From: Parcubacteria group bacterium
GTDB taxonomy: Bacteria > Patescibacteriota > JABMPQ01
Reading direction: 5' to 3'
DNA: 52,224 nt
Assembly (NCBI GenBank): GCA_013202585.1
Contig: JABMPQ010000006.1
Span: 1 to 52,224, forward strand
Shown here: piece after piece, positions 18,016-27,688 of the stretch
How the letters are laid out: every line of letters starts with the position of its first letter
Numbering within the stretch: position 1 is the first letter of the stretch
Program-made: the position numbers and the translations under genes
The notes under the pieces: model-generated
The model's database searches: none
Told to the model about the DNA's origin: nothing
Seen by the model: the letters and a program-made list of their open reading frames with translations, nothing else

Positions 18016-18915
18016 ATGGATCCAGAAGGAACGGGCATTGGGCAAGATCCGAAAAGAGACATGGCATTAGCAATGATGCTTGAAAATCGTGGCTATAAGG
18101 ATGTGGCTAGAGCTGATTTGCAAAGCACTCATGACATTTTTTTTGCCTCTAAGGAGGGACAAGAATGCTTTATAAAAATTTACAAACCTCGCACTGAACT
18201 AGGTGAGGATAGTCCCAAAAGGGCTGACACAGAATTGGCTTGCTATCAGAATCTTCCCCCAGACATACTAGTCAATGTCGTAGAGGTTAATGCTGATGAA
18301 CGTTATCTAGCTTTAGAAAAGGTAGAACTCGAGTACACAGGTAAAAGTGAGCAAATGGTGGAAGAATTTGTGGAGTTAGGATTAGAGAGATTTCCCCAAA
18401 TTGACGCCTCTTTTCTGCCAGAAGTACCTTGGGATTATTATGAAGAGATATTCGGGAAGATGAAGGATTTAGAGACGGCTGGATTAATTGATGATGCAAA
18501 GGCGGTAGAAAATTTATTCAGGAGTAAAAGAGGTTTAATAGAAGGCGCGAAAAAAGGTTTTTCGCATCAAGATTTTGGTCGTCGGAATGTTCAAAAAATA
18601 GACGGGGAGTTAAAGGTGTTTGATTTTGAATCGGCACGACAAGATAATGCAATGTTTGATATGGCGACACTGTTTATCGATATCAAAGATCGCGATGAAC
18701 TGGTGAGAATATTCAAAGAAAAAGTTGGGGAAAGTGAACATTTCAACGAAGAATTACTAGACTTAATGATAGTAAGAAGAGCAACAGCTGCTATGCACTT
18801 TTATATGTCAGAATATCCTAATAATGAATCAAGTTTTTTACGAAAAAATCGGGAAATATTTGCCGAAAAAGTTAAACAGCTATTAAGTAGTGAAAGTGAA
18901 GATGAAGGACAATAA
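18016..18915 (+). CDS. Protein-kinase-like phosphotransferase (APH/choline kinase-like)
   Basis: FIKIY, HQDFGRRNV catalytic loop, VFDFE Mg-binding motif. Confidence 0.7.
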   Translation: MDPEGTGIGQDPKRDMALAMMLENRGYKDVARADLQSTHDIFFASKEGQECFIKIYKPRTELGEDSPKRADTELACYQNLPPDILVNVVEVNADERYLALEKVELEYTGKSEQMVEEFVELGLERFPQIDASFLPEVPWDYYEEIFGKMKDLETAGLIDDAKAVENLFRSKRGLIEGAKKGFSHQDFGRRNVQKIDGELKVFDFESARQDNAMFDMATLFIDIKDRDELVRIFKEKVGESEHFNEELLDLMIVRRATAAMHFYMSEYPNNESSFLRKNREIFAEKVKQLLSSESEDEGQ

Positions 18916-18943
18916 ATCTTAATAAAAGTTATCCAAAAACACC

Positions 18944-19738
18944 ATGAAAAACAACAGCCAACAACCCACCATCCTTCCGATCAAAAAAATTGTTCAGGAG
19001 ACGCCCGCGATCAAAACGTACACTTTTGAGCACAAATTAGGAGCTGAGCCGGGTCAATTTGTCATGCTCTGGATTCCGCGGGTAGACCAAAAACCAATTA
19101 GCATCTCGCGTCAGACAGATAGCAGTTTTGATTTATCAGTCTTCAAAGTCGGTAAAGCAACTGAAGCTCTATTCGATATGAAAGAAGGTGACAAGGTTGG
19201 CATTTCTGGCCCTTATGGTCGGGGTTTTAATATTGAGCCGAAAAAAAATATTGTGCTAGTCGGCGGCGGTTGTGGCTCGGCACCATTACGGATGCTTGGC
19301 GAAGAAGCAGAGAAAGCCGGCTGCAAAGTGACTTTTATAACCGGCGCGCAAACAAGTAAGGACGTGTTATTCAAAGATGCTCTATCAGATACCTGCATCA
19401 CCACTGACGATGGCTCAGCCGGTTTCAAGGGATTCACCACGCAGAAGTTAGCAGAAATTCTGACTGAAAATAAAGACACAGACAAAGTGTACACCTGCGG
19501 CCCCGAAGTGATGATGAAGGGCGTAGTTGATGTTTGTGCTAAACATAAAATATCTTGTGAAATTAGTATGGAACGTTATATGAAGTGCGGCTTTGGAATT
19601 TGCGGGCAATGCGCGGTTGATCCGCTCGGAATTTGTATCTGCAAAGCTGGTCCGGTTTTTTCGGGAGAAATGGCTGCCAAAATAACTGAATTCGGCCAGT
19701 ATCACCGCGATAAGGCTGGAGTAAAACATGAGCTTTAA
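18944..19738 (+). CDS. pyrK: Dihydroorotate dehydrogenase electron transfer subunit
   Basis: PGQFVMLW, GPYGRGF, CGPEVMM, MKCGFGICGQC [2Fe-2S] motif. Confidence 0.93.
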   Translation: MKNNSQQPTILPIKKIVQETPAIKTYTFEHKLGAEPGQFVMLWIPRVDQKPISISRQTDSSFDLSVFKVGKATEALFDMKEGDKVGISGPYGRGFNIEPKKNIVLVGGGCGSAPLRMLGEEAEKAGCKVTFITGAQTSKDVLFKDALSDTCITTDDGSAGFKGFTTQKLAEILTENKDTDKVYTCGPEVMMKGVVDVCAKHKISCEISMERYMKCGFGICGQCAVDPLGICICKAGPVFSGEMAAKITEFGQYHRDKAGVKHEL

Positions 19739-20621
19739 AGACTCAAAATATTTTGCCTTTATCCTATTAACAGCAGCTTCTATCTGCTGGGGTTTCATGT
19801 ACGTTTTTGTTCGGCTGATGGCCGAGATTGACACTTTGAACATTGCCTTCTTCCGCTATATCTTTGCCTTATTGGCCTTCGCCCCGTTTTATTTTTTATC
19901 GAAGCAAAGAAAGAAAATAAATTGGCGAGGTCGATCTGGTATGGCATTGATTATTTGGATACTGCTAAACAGCGCCCTGGCCACAGTGCTTAATGTTTTG
20001 GCGATAAAACACGCCAATGCTTCAGTGGCCTCTATCCTGATAAATGCTAACCCGTTGTTTATTGCTCTATTAGCTCCTATTTTAATCAAAGAAAAAAATA
20101 GAATAGTTAATTACTTGGGAGCAGTAATTGCTTTTGGGGGTGTCATTCTGGTAATGACGGAAGGAGGCCATATTAGCAAGTTTCTATCTTCACAATTTCT
20201 TTACGGCTATATTTTTGCCCTGGTGTCTGCTTTTTCCATCGGTCTGTCCACTATTTATCTTAAGAAGTACCTGCGGCTTTATGGTAGTTGGGCGATATCA
20301 TTTTATGTATTTCTAATTGGTGCAATTACTTTGACAATCGTTAACGTTCTTTTTGGTAATCTGGGACAATTATTTAGCATTTCTTCGCTGAACTGGCTTT
20401 GGCTAATCTTGTTTGGCTTGGTGTGCACCACTTTCCCCTTTGTTGTTTTTAATTTTGGGGTGGAAAAAATTGGACCGACAAAAGCGGGGGTATTTAAGTT
20501 GCTGATTCCGGTGTTTGCGGTAGTGTTGGCAGTTTTGCTTCTAAATGAGCCACTGACCTGGTATATCGTGGTAGGAGGGGCGGTGACAATTGGTGGGCTG
20601 GCACTGGTGCAGGTGAAGTGA
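19728..20621 (+). CDS. EamA/DMT family transporter
   Basis: About 10 TM helices in two repeats; CWG, LLLNE motifs. Confidence 0.88.
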   Translation: MSFKDSKYFAFILLTAASICWGFMYVFVRLMAEIDTLNIAFFRYIFALLAFAPFYFLSKQRKKINWRGRSGMALIIWILLNSALATVLNVLAIKHANASVASILINANPLFIALLAPILIKEKNRIVNYLGAVIAFGGVILVMTEGGHISKFLSSQFLYGYIFALVSAFSIGLSTIYLKKYLRLYGSWAISFYVFLIGAITLTIVNVLFGNLGQLFSISSLNWLWLILFGLVCTTFPFVVFNFGVEKIGPTKAGVFKLLIPVFAVVLAVLLLNEPLTWYIVVGGAVTIGGLALVQVK

Positions 20622-20680
20622 GCATTTGAGCTGCGGATTTTATGTGTTAAAATTATTTACAACAATTAAGTATTAAAAAA

Positions 20681-21286
20681 ATGGACAAAAAAGAACTAAT
20701 TCTCAAGCTGGCCGAGATCGATGCTATTAAATTTGGTGAGTTCAAATTAAAAACAGGCAGTATCTCGCCAATCTATCTCGATTTGCGCGTGACCGTTTCT
20801 TATCCGGATATTTTGCAAGCGGTGGGAGAAATAATGTGGGAAGAGGTAAAGGATCTAAATTTTGATGTCATTTGCGGAGTGCCCTACACGGCTTTGCCTA
20901 TCGCTACTGCGATGTCTCTGGCGTATAATAAGCCGATGGTAATGCGACGTAAAGAAGTAAAAGACTATGGTACCAAGAATGCCATTGAGGGAGCTTACGA
21001 AAAAGGTCAAAATTGCTTGATCATAGAGGACTTGGTTACTAGTGGTTCTAGCGTGTTTGAGACAATTGAACCATTAGAGCATGAAGGCATGAAGGTAACT
21101 GATATTGTGGTTCTGCTGGATCGAGAGCAGGGAGCCCAAGAAAATGTGAGCGGTAAGGGATATAATCTCCACTCAATTTTCAATATGACTTATTTATTAG
21201 ATGTTTTGCGGGAGGCAGGAAAAATTGAGCAGGAAATGTATGATAAGGTGAAAAAGTATATTGAAGATAACCAAGTAAAGAAATAA
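20681..21286 (+). CDS. pyrE: Orotate phosphoribosyltransferase
   Basis: KFGEFKLKTG-SPIYLDLR, RRKEVKDYGT, IEDLVTSGSS. Confidence 0.95.
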   Translation: MDKKELILKLAEIDAIKFGEFKLKTGSISPIYLDLRVTVSYPDILQAVGEIMWEEVKDLNFDVICGVPYTALPIATAMSLAYNKPMVMRRKEVKDYGTKNAIEGAYEKGQNCLIIEDLVTSGSSVFETIEPLEHEGMKVTDIVVLLDREQGAQENVSGKGYNLHSIFNMTYLLDVLREAGKIEQEMYDKVKKYIEDNQVKK

Positions 21287-22068
21287 TGAAAGACTTTCTC
21301 GAACAAACAATTCGCGAAGCGGGCGAGATAGCCTCGGACTATTTTGCCAAAGGGGTAAATATCGCGGCCACTAAGCTTGATCCGGATGACGTGGTGTCGG
21401 AGGCGGACAAGGCTCTTAGTAAGTTTTTTACCGAAAAGATTCGCGAGAAATATCCGGAACATGGTATTCAAGATGAAGAACAAGAGGATGTGATCAATCC
21501 GGAAGCCGAATATCGTTGGGTAGTTGATCCGCTTGACGGCTCACGTAATTTTGCCGCCGGGATTCCTTTTTGGTGTCACCTAGTGGCTTTGCGGCAGGGT
21601 GAGGAGACTATCCTGGGCGGAATTTACAATCCTATCTCTGACAGCTTTTTTCTAGCGGAAAAAGGCAAGGGCGCGTATCTTAATGATAGTAAAATACAAG
21701 TAAGCGAGCAAAAGGAGATTGATTATGGCTTTGGTATTTGCACGCGTACGCATCGTCGTGGTCGAGTTAACCTTTATATAAAAGTATTGTCACATTTTGC
21801 TTCTAACACTAAGGCTAGATTGGGGAATTACAGCACTATGTTAGGTTCATGCTATGTAGCAACTGGGGGAGTAGACTTTATAGTCACTAATGGCGGCGTT
21901 GATCACGATTATTTCGCACCCGTCTTATTGTGCCAAGAGGCAGGGGCAAAAGTAACTGACAGTGATGGCAATCCCTGGCAAGCCGGGCGGTCAGATTTAG
22001 TGATGGCGAATCCAACTTTACATGATAAAATTATGGAGCAGATAAAAATCGCAAAAAGTAAATGTTAA
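21286..22068 (+). CDS. Inositol monophosphatase family protein
   Basis: DVVSEAD, DEE, WVVDPLDGSRNF, EAGAKVTD. Confidence 0.88.
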   Translation: MKDFLEQTIREAGEIASDYFAKGVNIAATKLDPDDVVSEADKALSKFFTEKIREKYPEHGIQDEEQEDVINPEAEYRWVVDPLDGSRNFAAGIPFWCHLVALRQGEETILGGIYNPISDSFFLAEKGKGAYLNDSKIQVSEQKEIDYGFGICTRTHRRGRVNLYIKVLSHFASNTKARLGNYSTMLGSCYVATGGVDFIVTNGGVDHDYFAPVLLCQEAGAKVTDSDGNPWQAGRSDLVMANPTLHDKIMEQIKIAKSKC

Positions 22069-23612
22069 TCCAGGTAGGAATCATTGTTTCCTTGGCCATT
22101 ACTGTTCTTATTGGCTGGGTAACAGGCAAGAGAGTCAAAGGTAAGGTAGAAAACTACTACGTGGCCGGGCGGCGATTATCGTTCTTGATGGTCGGAGTAG
22201 CTCTAGTGGCGCAGTCGATTGATGGTAATGCTACCTTAGGAAATTCGTCACTAGGATTTGATTTTGGTTTTTGGGCGGGGGCAGCTTTACCAATCGGGTT
22301 AGCTCTATCTTTGTTTTTACTGGGACTGTTTTTCGCTCCCAAATTGAACTCCCTGAAACTTCTAACTCTGGCAGACTTTTTTAGCCGGAAATATAACCGT
22401 ACCATTGAAGTTTTAGCTTCTTTATTGATGTTGTTGAGCTTTGGCGTATTATTGGCTGGTAACTTAGCCGCAGTCGCCATTCTGCTTAACCTCTTCTTTA
22501 ATATCAATTATCAGACGTCGGTTGTGCTAATCTGCTTGGCAGCTCTTATATATTCAATTCGCGGCGGTATTTTATCAGACATTTTATCCGATTATTTCCA
22601 AGTAGCTTTGCTAGTTATTGGTGGATTGTCAACTTTCGGCTATCTGTTCTTCAAATACGACCTAGCTCAATTTTTCAATTCCGAGATATTTAGTTCCGGC
22701 TTAAGCCTAACTCAGCTGACGCAAAATGCGGACGGTGCTTTAATTAACTGGGCTACTATTTTTGCTCTCGGCTTTGGTAATTTATTAGCAATTGATTTTG
22801 TCGCTCGGACTCTGGCCGCCAAATCAGCTGGCACGGCGCGCAAAGCTTGTTTTCTGGGTGGCGTCTTAACTTTATTACTCGGCATTCCTTTTTCTATTCT
22901 GCCTCTATTGTTGCAATGGTTAAATTTTGTTCCGGCGGGGGAGGCTCCAGTGTTGATGGCTTTTGCTTTGGAGACTATGCCCGCAGTTGTGACTCTCCTT
23001 TTGACTTGCGGAATTATCGGCGTTTCTCTGTCGACTATCGACGGCGCGATGTTAAGTATGGGCAATGTTTTGGCTCACAATTTGCTAAATATTAAGAAAG
23101 ACTTACGCTGGGGGGAAAACAACTCGGTTGAGTCAGAGAAATCCCACCTCTATTTTTCCCGTCTAGCTTTGGTTCCGGTTGCTGGCAGTGCGGTGATTTT
23201 TGCCATGTTGTTGCCATCGCCGGGAGCGTTGATTGCGGTCGCTTTTGACATTATGTTTGCTGGCTTGTTAGTGCCATTTGTTTTTGCTTTTATTTTCAAG
23301 AAAGTTTACGCCAAAGCGGCTTTGTACGCTATTATCGCCGGCGGTCTAGCTCGTTTACTGTTTGTCGCTTTGACTCCCACGTCCTTTGGTATCGATAATG
23401 GATTCTTCTACGTAGAAAATTCAATTATTAGTCCGACCCTAGATGGTCTAGGAACATTTTTGGCTCCGTTAGTTGCTTTATATGTCTATCTGATGGTTCA
23501 CTGCATTATGGTCCTTAAAAATAATAAACAAGAGTCGGCAGCGTTAGTAAATAATCAACCCCATTCCGAGCCGGTAAGGGCTAGCAGTCAAGATTACACC
23601 AACAAGCAATAA
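22062..23612 (+). CDS. Sodium:solute symporter family transporter
   Basis: YYVAGRRL, TLADFFSRKY, YSIRGG, SLSTIDG; more than 12 TM helices. Confidence 0.88.
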   Translation: MLIQVGIIVSLAITVLIGWVTGKRVKGKVENYYVAGRRLSFLMVGVALVAQSIDGNATLGNSSLGFDFGFWAGAALPIGLALSLFLLGLFFAPKLNSLKLLTLADFFSRKYNRTIEVLASLLMLLSFGVLLAGNLAAVAILLNLFFNINYQTSVVLICLAALIYSIRGGILSDILSDYFQVALLVIGGLSTFGYLFFKYDLAQFFNSEIFSSGLSLTQLTQNADGALINWATIFALGFGNLLAIDFVARTLAAKSAGTARKACFLGGVLTLLLGIPFSILPLLLQWLNFVPAGEAPVLMAFALETMPAVVTLLLTCGIIGVSLSTIDGAMLSMGNVLAHNLLNIKKDLRWGENNSVESEKSHLYFSRLALVPVAGSAVIFAMLLPSPGALIAVAFDIMFAGLLVPFVFAFIFKKVYAKAALYAIIAGGLARLLFVALTPTSFGIDNGFFYVENSIISPTLDGLGTFLAPLVALYVYLMVHCIMVLKNNKQESAALVNNQPHSEPVRASSQDYTNKQ

Positions 23613-23616
23613 GCAC

Positions 23617-24051
23617 ATGGACACTCGACAAGGAAATACAATTATTATTAAACAGAATATTTTAAAAAATATTACGGTTGTTCTAGTTACAACTTTATTA
23701 ATCCTTTGGGTGCTACCTTACCTGGAAGGACTAGGGGACAGTGGAGTTGATGCGTTTGTTTTATTGAGTATTTTCCCCTTGGGAGCGATGTTTGCTTATT
23801 TTGCTTTCAGTTATGCTAATACCAATATATTCTCCTCCGAGCATCGTATTCTAGCTGATATTACGACTTTTATCCTCTTAATAATAATCTGTTTCTCGAT
23901 ATCTTTGGCTACGATCATTGGCAGCATCAGCATTCCTCAGCTTACTAATCCTCTCATCATTTTGGCTGTATTGCTAGTTTTGGGTTGTTTTACCTATGAT
24001 TTTTGGGATTTGTATTCCAACTTAACTTCGCAGAAAAAAAGCGAAGAATAA
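23617..24051 (+). CDS. Hypothetical 4-TM membrane protein
   Basis: Four hydrophobic segments; tight operon spacing. Confidence 0.65.
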   Translation: MDTRQGNTIIIKQNILKNITVVLVTTLLILWVLPYLEGLGDSGVDAFVLLSIFPLGAMFAYFAFSYANTNIFSSEHRILADITTFILLIIICFSISLATIIGSISIPQLTNPLIILAVLLVLGCFTYDFWDLYSNLTSQKKSEE

Positions 24052-24061
24052 TTAAAAAAAT

Positions 24062-24826
24062 ATGTCCACTTACGCCGAACGTGCCGAGCAGTGCACCAAT
24101 CAAACTGCCAAGAAGCTACTAAGCTTAATGGAGGAGAAAAAGACTAATCTGGCTGTGTCGCCAGATGTGACTTCTGCCGCTGAACTCTTGGATATATTGG
24201 ATAAAACTGGTCCGGAGATTTGCTTAGTTAAAACCCACATTGATATTATTACTGATTTTAGTCCGGAGCTGATTAACAAGATGGTTGAGCTTAAAGAGAA
24301 GCACAACTTTATGATCTTCGAGGATCGCAAATTTGCTGATATTGGCAATACGGTGCAAATGCAATACGCGCAGGGTATTTATCACATTGTTGACTGGGCT
24401 GATATGGTTAATGCCCATGCCGTGCCTGGCCCGGGGATCATTGACGGTCTCAAAGAGGTGGGTGAGTCAAAGGGGCGGGGATTGATTCTGTTAGCGGAAA
24501 TGAGCTCGGAGGGTAACCTGGCTACAGGCGAGTATACTGAGAAAACTCTACAAATGGCTAAAGATAATCCGGACTTTGTGATTGGCTTTATTACGATGAA
24601 AAAGCAGCTCGATGATCCGAATTTTATTAATTTTACGCCTGGAGTGAAGTTAGTTGAAGGTGGCGATGATTTAGGGCAGCAGTATAATACTCCCGCTAAA
24701 GTAATTGGTGAGCAGGGAAGTGATGTGATTATTGTGGGACGGGGGATATATGGCGCGGATGATCCAGCGGCGGAGGCGAAGAAGTACCGCGAAGAAGGTT
24801 GGAAGGCTTATGAGGGGAGATTGTAG
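24062..24826 (+). CDS. pyrF: Orotidine-5'-phosphate decarboxylase
   Basis: VKTHIDI, FEDRKFADIGNTV, GQQY, IVGRGI. Confidence 0.96.
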   Translation: MSTYAERAEQCTNQTAKKLLSLMEEKKTNLAVSPDVTSAAELLDILDKTGPEICLVKTHIDIITDFSPELINKMVELKEKHNFMIFEDRKFADIGNTVQMQYAQGIYHIVDWADMVNAHAVPGPGIIDGLKEVGESKGRGLILLAEMSSEGNLATGEYTEKTLQMAKDNPDFVIGFITMKKQLDDPNFINFTPGVKLVEGGDDLGQQYNTPAKVIGEQGSDVIIVGRGIYGADDPAAEAKKYREEGWKAYEGRL

Positions 24827-25084
24827 TTTGTCATCGGAAGCGTAGCTACCGAACAATAAAGTTGTTCAGAGCCGTGGTGGAGAGTTTTTGGCTATAGATA
24901 GCGTTTTTTGGCAACTAGTTTTATAGTGTTAATTATGGTTTTTTGGTGGGAAAATGGCTTTTTCTGTCCCCAAGATTTCCCTTAATTTACTATTGCTTTA
25001 TTTAGCGGTTTGTGGTACAAATATAGTAGTTGAATTTTGCAAATAACAAGCGCTAGACGCTTGTCACAAAAAAGGAGAGAAACG

Positions 25085-25465
25085 ATGAAACGCTTGGTTT
25101 TGGCTGTAATGGCGATGTTGTTGCTCGTCGGCTGTGGTGGACGGGAGATCGTTTCTGAGTCGGTCGGACCCACCGAGGGAGAGCTGATTACACAGACGAC
25201 GAAGGACTGCCGGAGCATCGACAGTTGCACGGCTGTCGGGCGGTGCGTCTACGATGCGAGCATCGACGTTTGCATCGTCAGTTCCGACGCGGATTGCCTG
25301 TGGGCAGATGTCTGCCTCTTGGGTGGTCTCTGTACCGTCAAGGTGCACGCTATCGATCCGGGCTGGAACAAATGCATCGCAGCCAGCGACGCCGACTGCC
25401 GACTGGGAGAAGTCTGCACCAAGGACGGCTACTGCACGGCCAAGAACGACCGCTGCGTCAAGTAG
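25085..25465 (+). CDS. Cysteine-rich repeat lipoprotein
   Basis: AAGGAGAG ribosome-binding site, MKR...LLVGC lipobox, three units of C-x5-C-x3-G-x-C with SDADC linkers; GC-rich. Confidence 0.75.
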   Translation: MKRLVLAVMAMLLLVGCGGREIVSESVGPTEGELITQTTKDCRSIDSCTAVGRCVYDASIDVCIVSSDADCLWADVCLLGGLCTVKVHAIDPGWNKCIAASDADCRLGEVCTKDGYCTAKNDRCVK

Positions 25466-25625
25466 CTGCCCCCCTGCCCTTTCGCCCCTGTTCCCACTTT
25501 CCAGGACCCTCTTTGGCCCTGGAATTTTTTTATTACAAATTATTTCAATTTACATCCCTCTCTCACTTCCCCCCGCCAACCAAATCTGCTACAATCAAGT
25601 ACAAATAAGAGTAATCGAAAATTAC

Positions 25626-26702
25626 ATGCTTTTTAATTTAAACGAGTTCATCCCAGCCGAACTAGCGGCGAACACTCCGCGTGACTATATGATCGCTGGC
25701 CTAATAGTCTTGGCTTCTATTTTAATTCTCTGGCTGTTCAAGTATGTCCTTATCAAGCGAGCTAAGCGAGTGGCCGAGCACACCAAGAGTAAATTAGATG
25801 ACGCAGTCGTGGCTACCTTGAACGCTTTCAATTGGCCCTTTTATATTGTAATGGCGCTCTACGTGGCTTCGTATTTTCTCCAGCTGCCGGAATATGTGCA
25901 TCGGGTAGGAGTTTATGTAATCCTGGTTGTAGTTGTTTACTATATCGCCAAGGCGGTGCAGTATTTGATCAGTTACGGCTTCAAGCACTCGATCGACAAA
26001 CATCAGGAGGCCGACCCAGATTTTAATCCGGCTTCATTGGACTTTGCTGGTCGATTGGCTAAAGGTGCGATCTGGATAGTAGCGGTGATTCTGGTGATGC
26101 AAAATCTTGGCTACGAGATTACAACACTAGTCGCCGGCCTTGGTATTGGTGGCGTAGCGGTCGCTTTTGCCTTGCAGAGTGTGTTGACGGATATTTTCGC
26201 CTCATTCTCAATCTACTTTGATAAGCCATTTCAAATCGGTGACTATATTGAGATTGGCAAGGACAAGGGACATGTGAAAAAGATTGGCATTAAATCCACT
26301 CGCCTGGAAACTTTACAGGGTGAGGAGTTGATTATTTCCAACCAAGAACTGACTGAGTCGCGGGTGAGCAATTTTAAGAAAATGGATAAGCGGCGGGTGA
26401 TTTTCAGAATTTATTTGGAATACGGGACGCCCCAGGAAAAGCTAGAATTAATTCCGGACTTAATGAAGAAGATTATCAATGGTGTTGATCAAGCTTCTTA
26501 TCATAAGACTTATTTCAAGCAGTTCTCCAGTTCGGGTTTGGAGTATGAAACGTTGTATTATATCGCCACCCGCAAGTATGATGTCTGGCGAGATACGCAG
26601 CATCAAATAAATATGGCGGTCAAAGAAGAATTTGAGAAAGCCGGCATCGCGATCGCTGACCCAACGGATTTTGCGACTTTTAAGGATAGTATTAGTAAAT
26701 AA
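25626..26702 (+). CDS. mscS: Small-conductance mechanosensitive channel
   Basis: AGLGIGGVAVAFALQ, DKPFQIGD, IGIKST, SNQEL. Start moved to MLFNLNE. Confidence 0.9.
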   Translation: MLFNLNEFIPAELAANTPRDYMIAGLIVLASILILWLFKYVLIKRAKRVAEHTKSKLDDAVVATLNAFNWPFYIVMALYVASYFLQLPEYVHRVGVYVILVVVVYYIAKAVQYLISYGFKHSIDKHQEADPDFNPASLDFAGRLAKGAIWIVAVILVMQNLGYEITTLVAGLGIGGVAVAFALQSVLTDIFASFSIYFDKPFQIGDYIEIGKDKGHVKKIGIKSTRLETLQGEELIISNQELTESRVSNFKKMDKRRVIFRIYLEYGTPQEKLELIPDLMKKIINGVDQASYHKTYFKQFSSSGLEYETLYYIATRKYDVWRDTQHQINMAVKEEFEKAGIAIADPTDFATFKDSISK

Positions 26703-26718
26703 AAATTAACATAAAAAA

Positions 26719-27474
26719 ATGATTGCAGTTATTCTCCTGGGGATTGCAGCCTTCCTAGTTCTGGCCGGTGGCCTGGCAGCTTTTATCATTATGCTAGTGA
26801 AGAAAGTAAAGTGGTGGGGTTCTTGCCTAGTATTAGTAGGGGTATTGGGTTTGACTGGCTTATTAGTCTCAGCCGCCGTCGGATTCTGGGTGTATGAGAA
26901 AAGCGGTGACAAAATTGATTCCGCCAAGGATTTCTTTGGTGAACTGGAGGATTTTCAGGAGGAAGCGGAAGAGGCGATGAAAGAAGCGGAGAAGGTGAGT
27001 GATGAGCTGGACAAAGTAAATACCAACACTTCAACCAATACCAATACAAGCAGCGACAAATCTGAGTCGACTACCAAGGACGCCGATTATTACAAAGACC
27101 AGGGCATGATTGAGAATACGGATTATAGTTTTCTGATTACAGTGGGCGAAGACAAGGCGAAAAAGATCACCCAAAAAGAGACCGTACCACTTGAGGGAGT
27201 GACGGCTGCCTATCTGTATTGTCATCAGACGACAGATAACAGCTATGGTTCCTCTGAATGTCCAACGGGAACGGTCGAAATTTTTCGTATTAGCGTTTAT
27301 ACCGTCAGTCAGTGGAATGAGGTCAAGGATTCTCCTTTCGCCGGGACGTCAATGGGGCAGGACGGTGGTTATTACTTTATCTTTTCTCACCCTAATGGTC
27401 TTATGCCAAGCGATGTATCTATTAGTGGTGAATTCTATAGTGGCGTGATTACCAGTATTGATTTTGCGGACTGA
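26719..27474 (+). CDS. Hypothetical 2-TM protein with Thr/Asn-rich linker and extracellular domain
   Basis: Two N-terminal TM helices; NTNTSTNTNTSS linker. Confidence 0.7.
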   Translation: MIAVILLGIAAFLVLAGGLAAFIIMLVKKVKWWGSCLVLVGVLGLTGLLVSAAVGFWVYEKSGDKIDSAKDFFGELEDFQEEAEEAMKEAEKVSDELDKVNTNTSTNTNTSSDKSESTTKDADYYKDQGMIENTDYSFLITVGEDKAKKITQKETVPLEGVTAAYLYCHQTTDNSYGSSECPTGTVEIFRISVYTVSQWNEVKDSPFAGTSMGQDGGYYFIFSHPNGLMPSDVSISGEFYSGVITSIDFAD

Positions 27475-27500
27475 GGGGTTAACTAAAATCATCAATCATT

Positions 27501-27533
27501 AAATAGCTTTTTAGGAGGGGGAGCTATTTTTTT
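27501..27533 (+). terminator. Intrinsic terminator
   Basis: AAATAGCT...AGCTATTT followed by a T-run. Confidence 0.6.
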
Positions 27534-27601
27534 ATATATTTTTAGACGAAAGTGGAGATTTGGTAAAAAAGTTATTAACAGGGGAGTACAATTCTAACAA
27601 G

Positions 27602-27632
27602 AAAAAACAGCTTCCAAGATTGGGAGGCTGTT
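27602..27632 (-). terminator. Intrinsic terminator for minus-strand propeller gene
   Basis: AACAGCTTCC...GGAGGCTGTT with an A-run on the left, which is a T-run on the minus strand. Confidence 0.65.
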
Positions 27633-27688
27633 GATAAGGAGCTGGTAAGTCTAGTTTTTGTAAGGATGTTTCTTTGACAGTGTCTCGA

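Noticed and set aside
25254-25625. N-terminal extension of MscS in the ORF track
   Set aside because: Runs out of frame through the lipoprotein gene and intergenic DNA; ATG 25626 is the plausible start.
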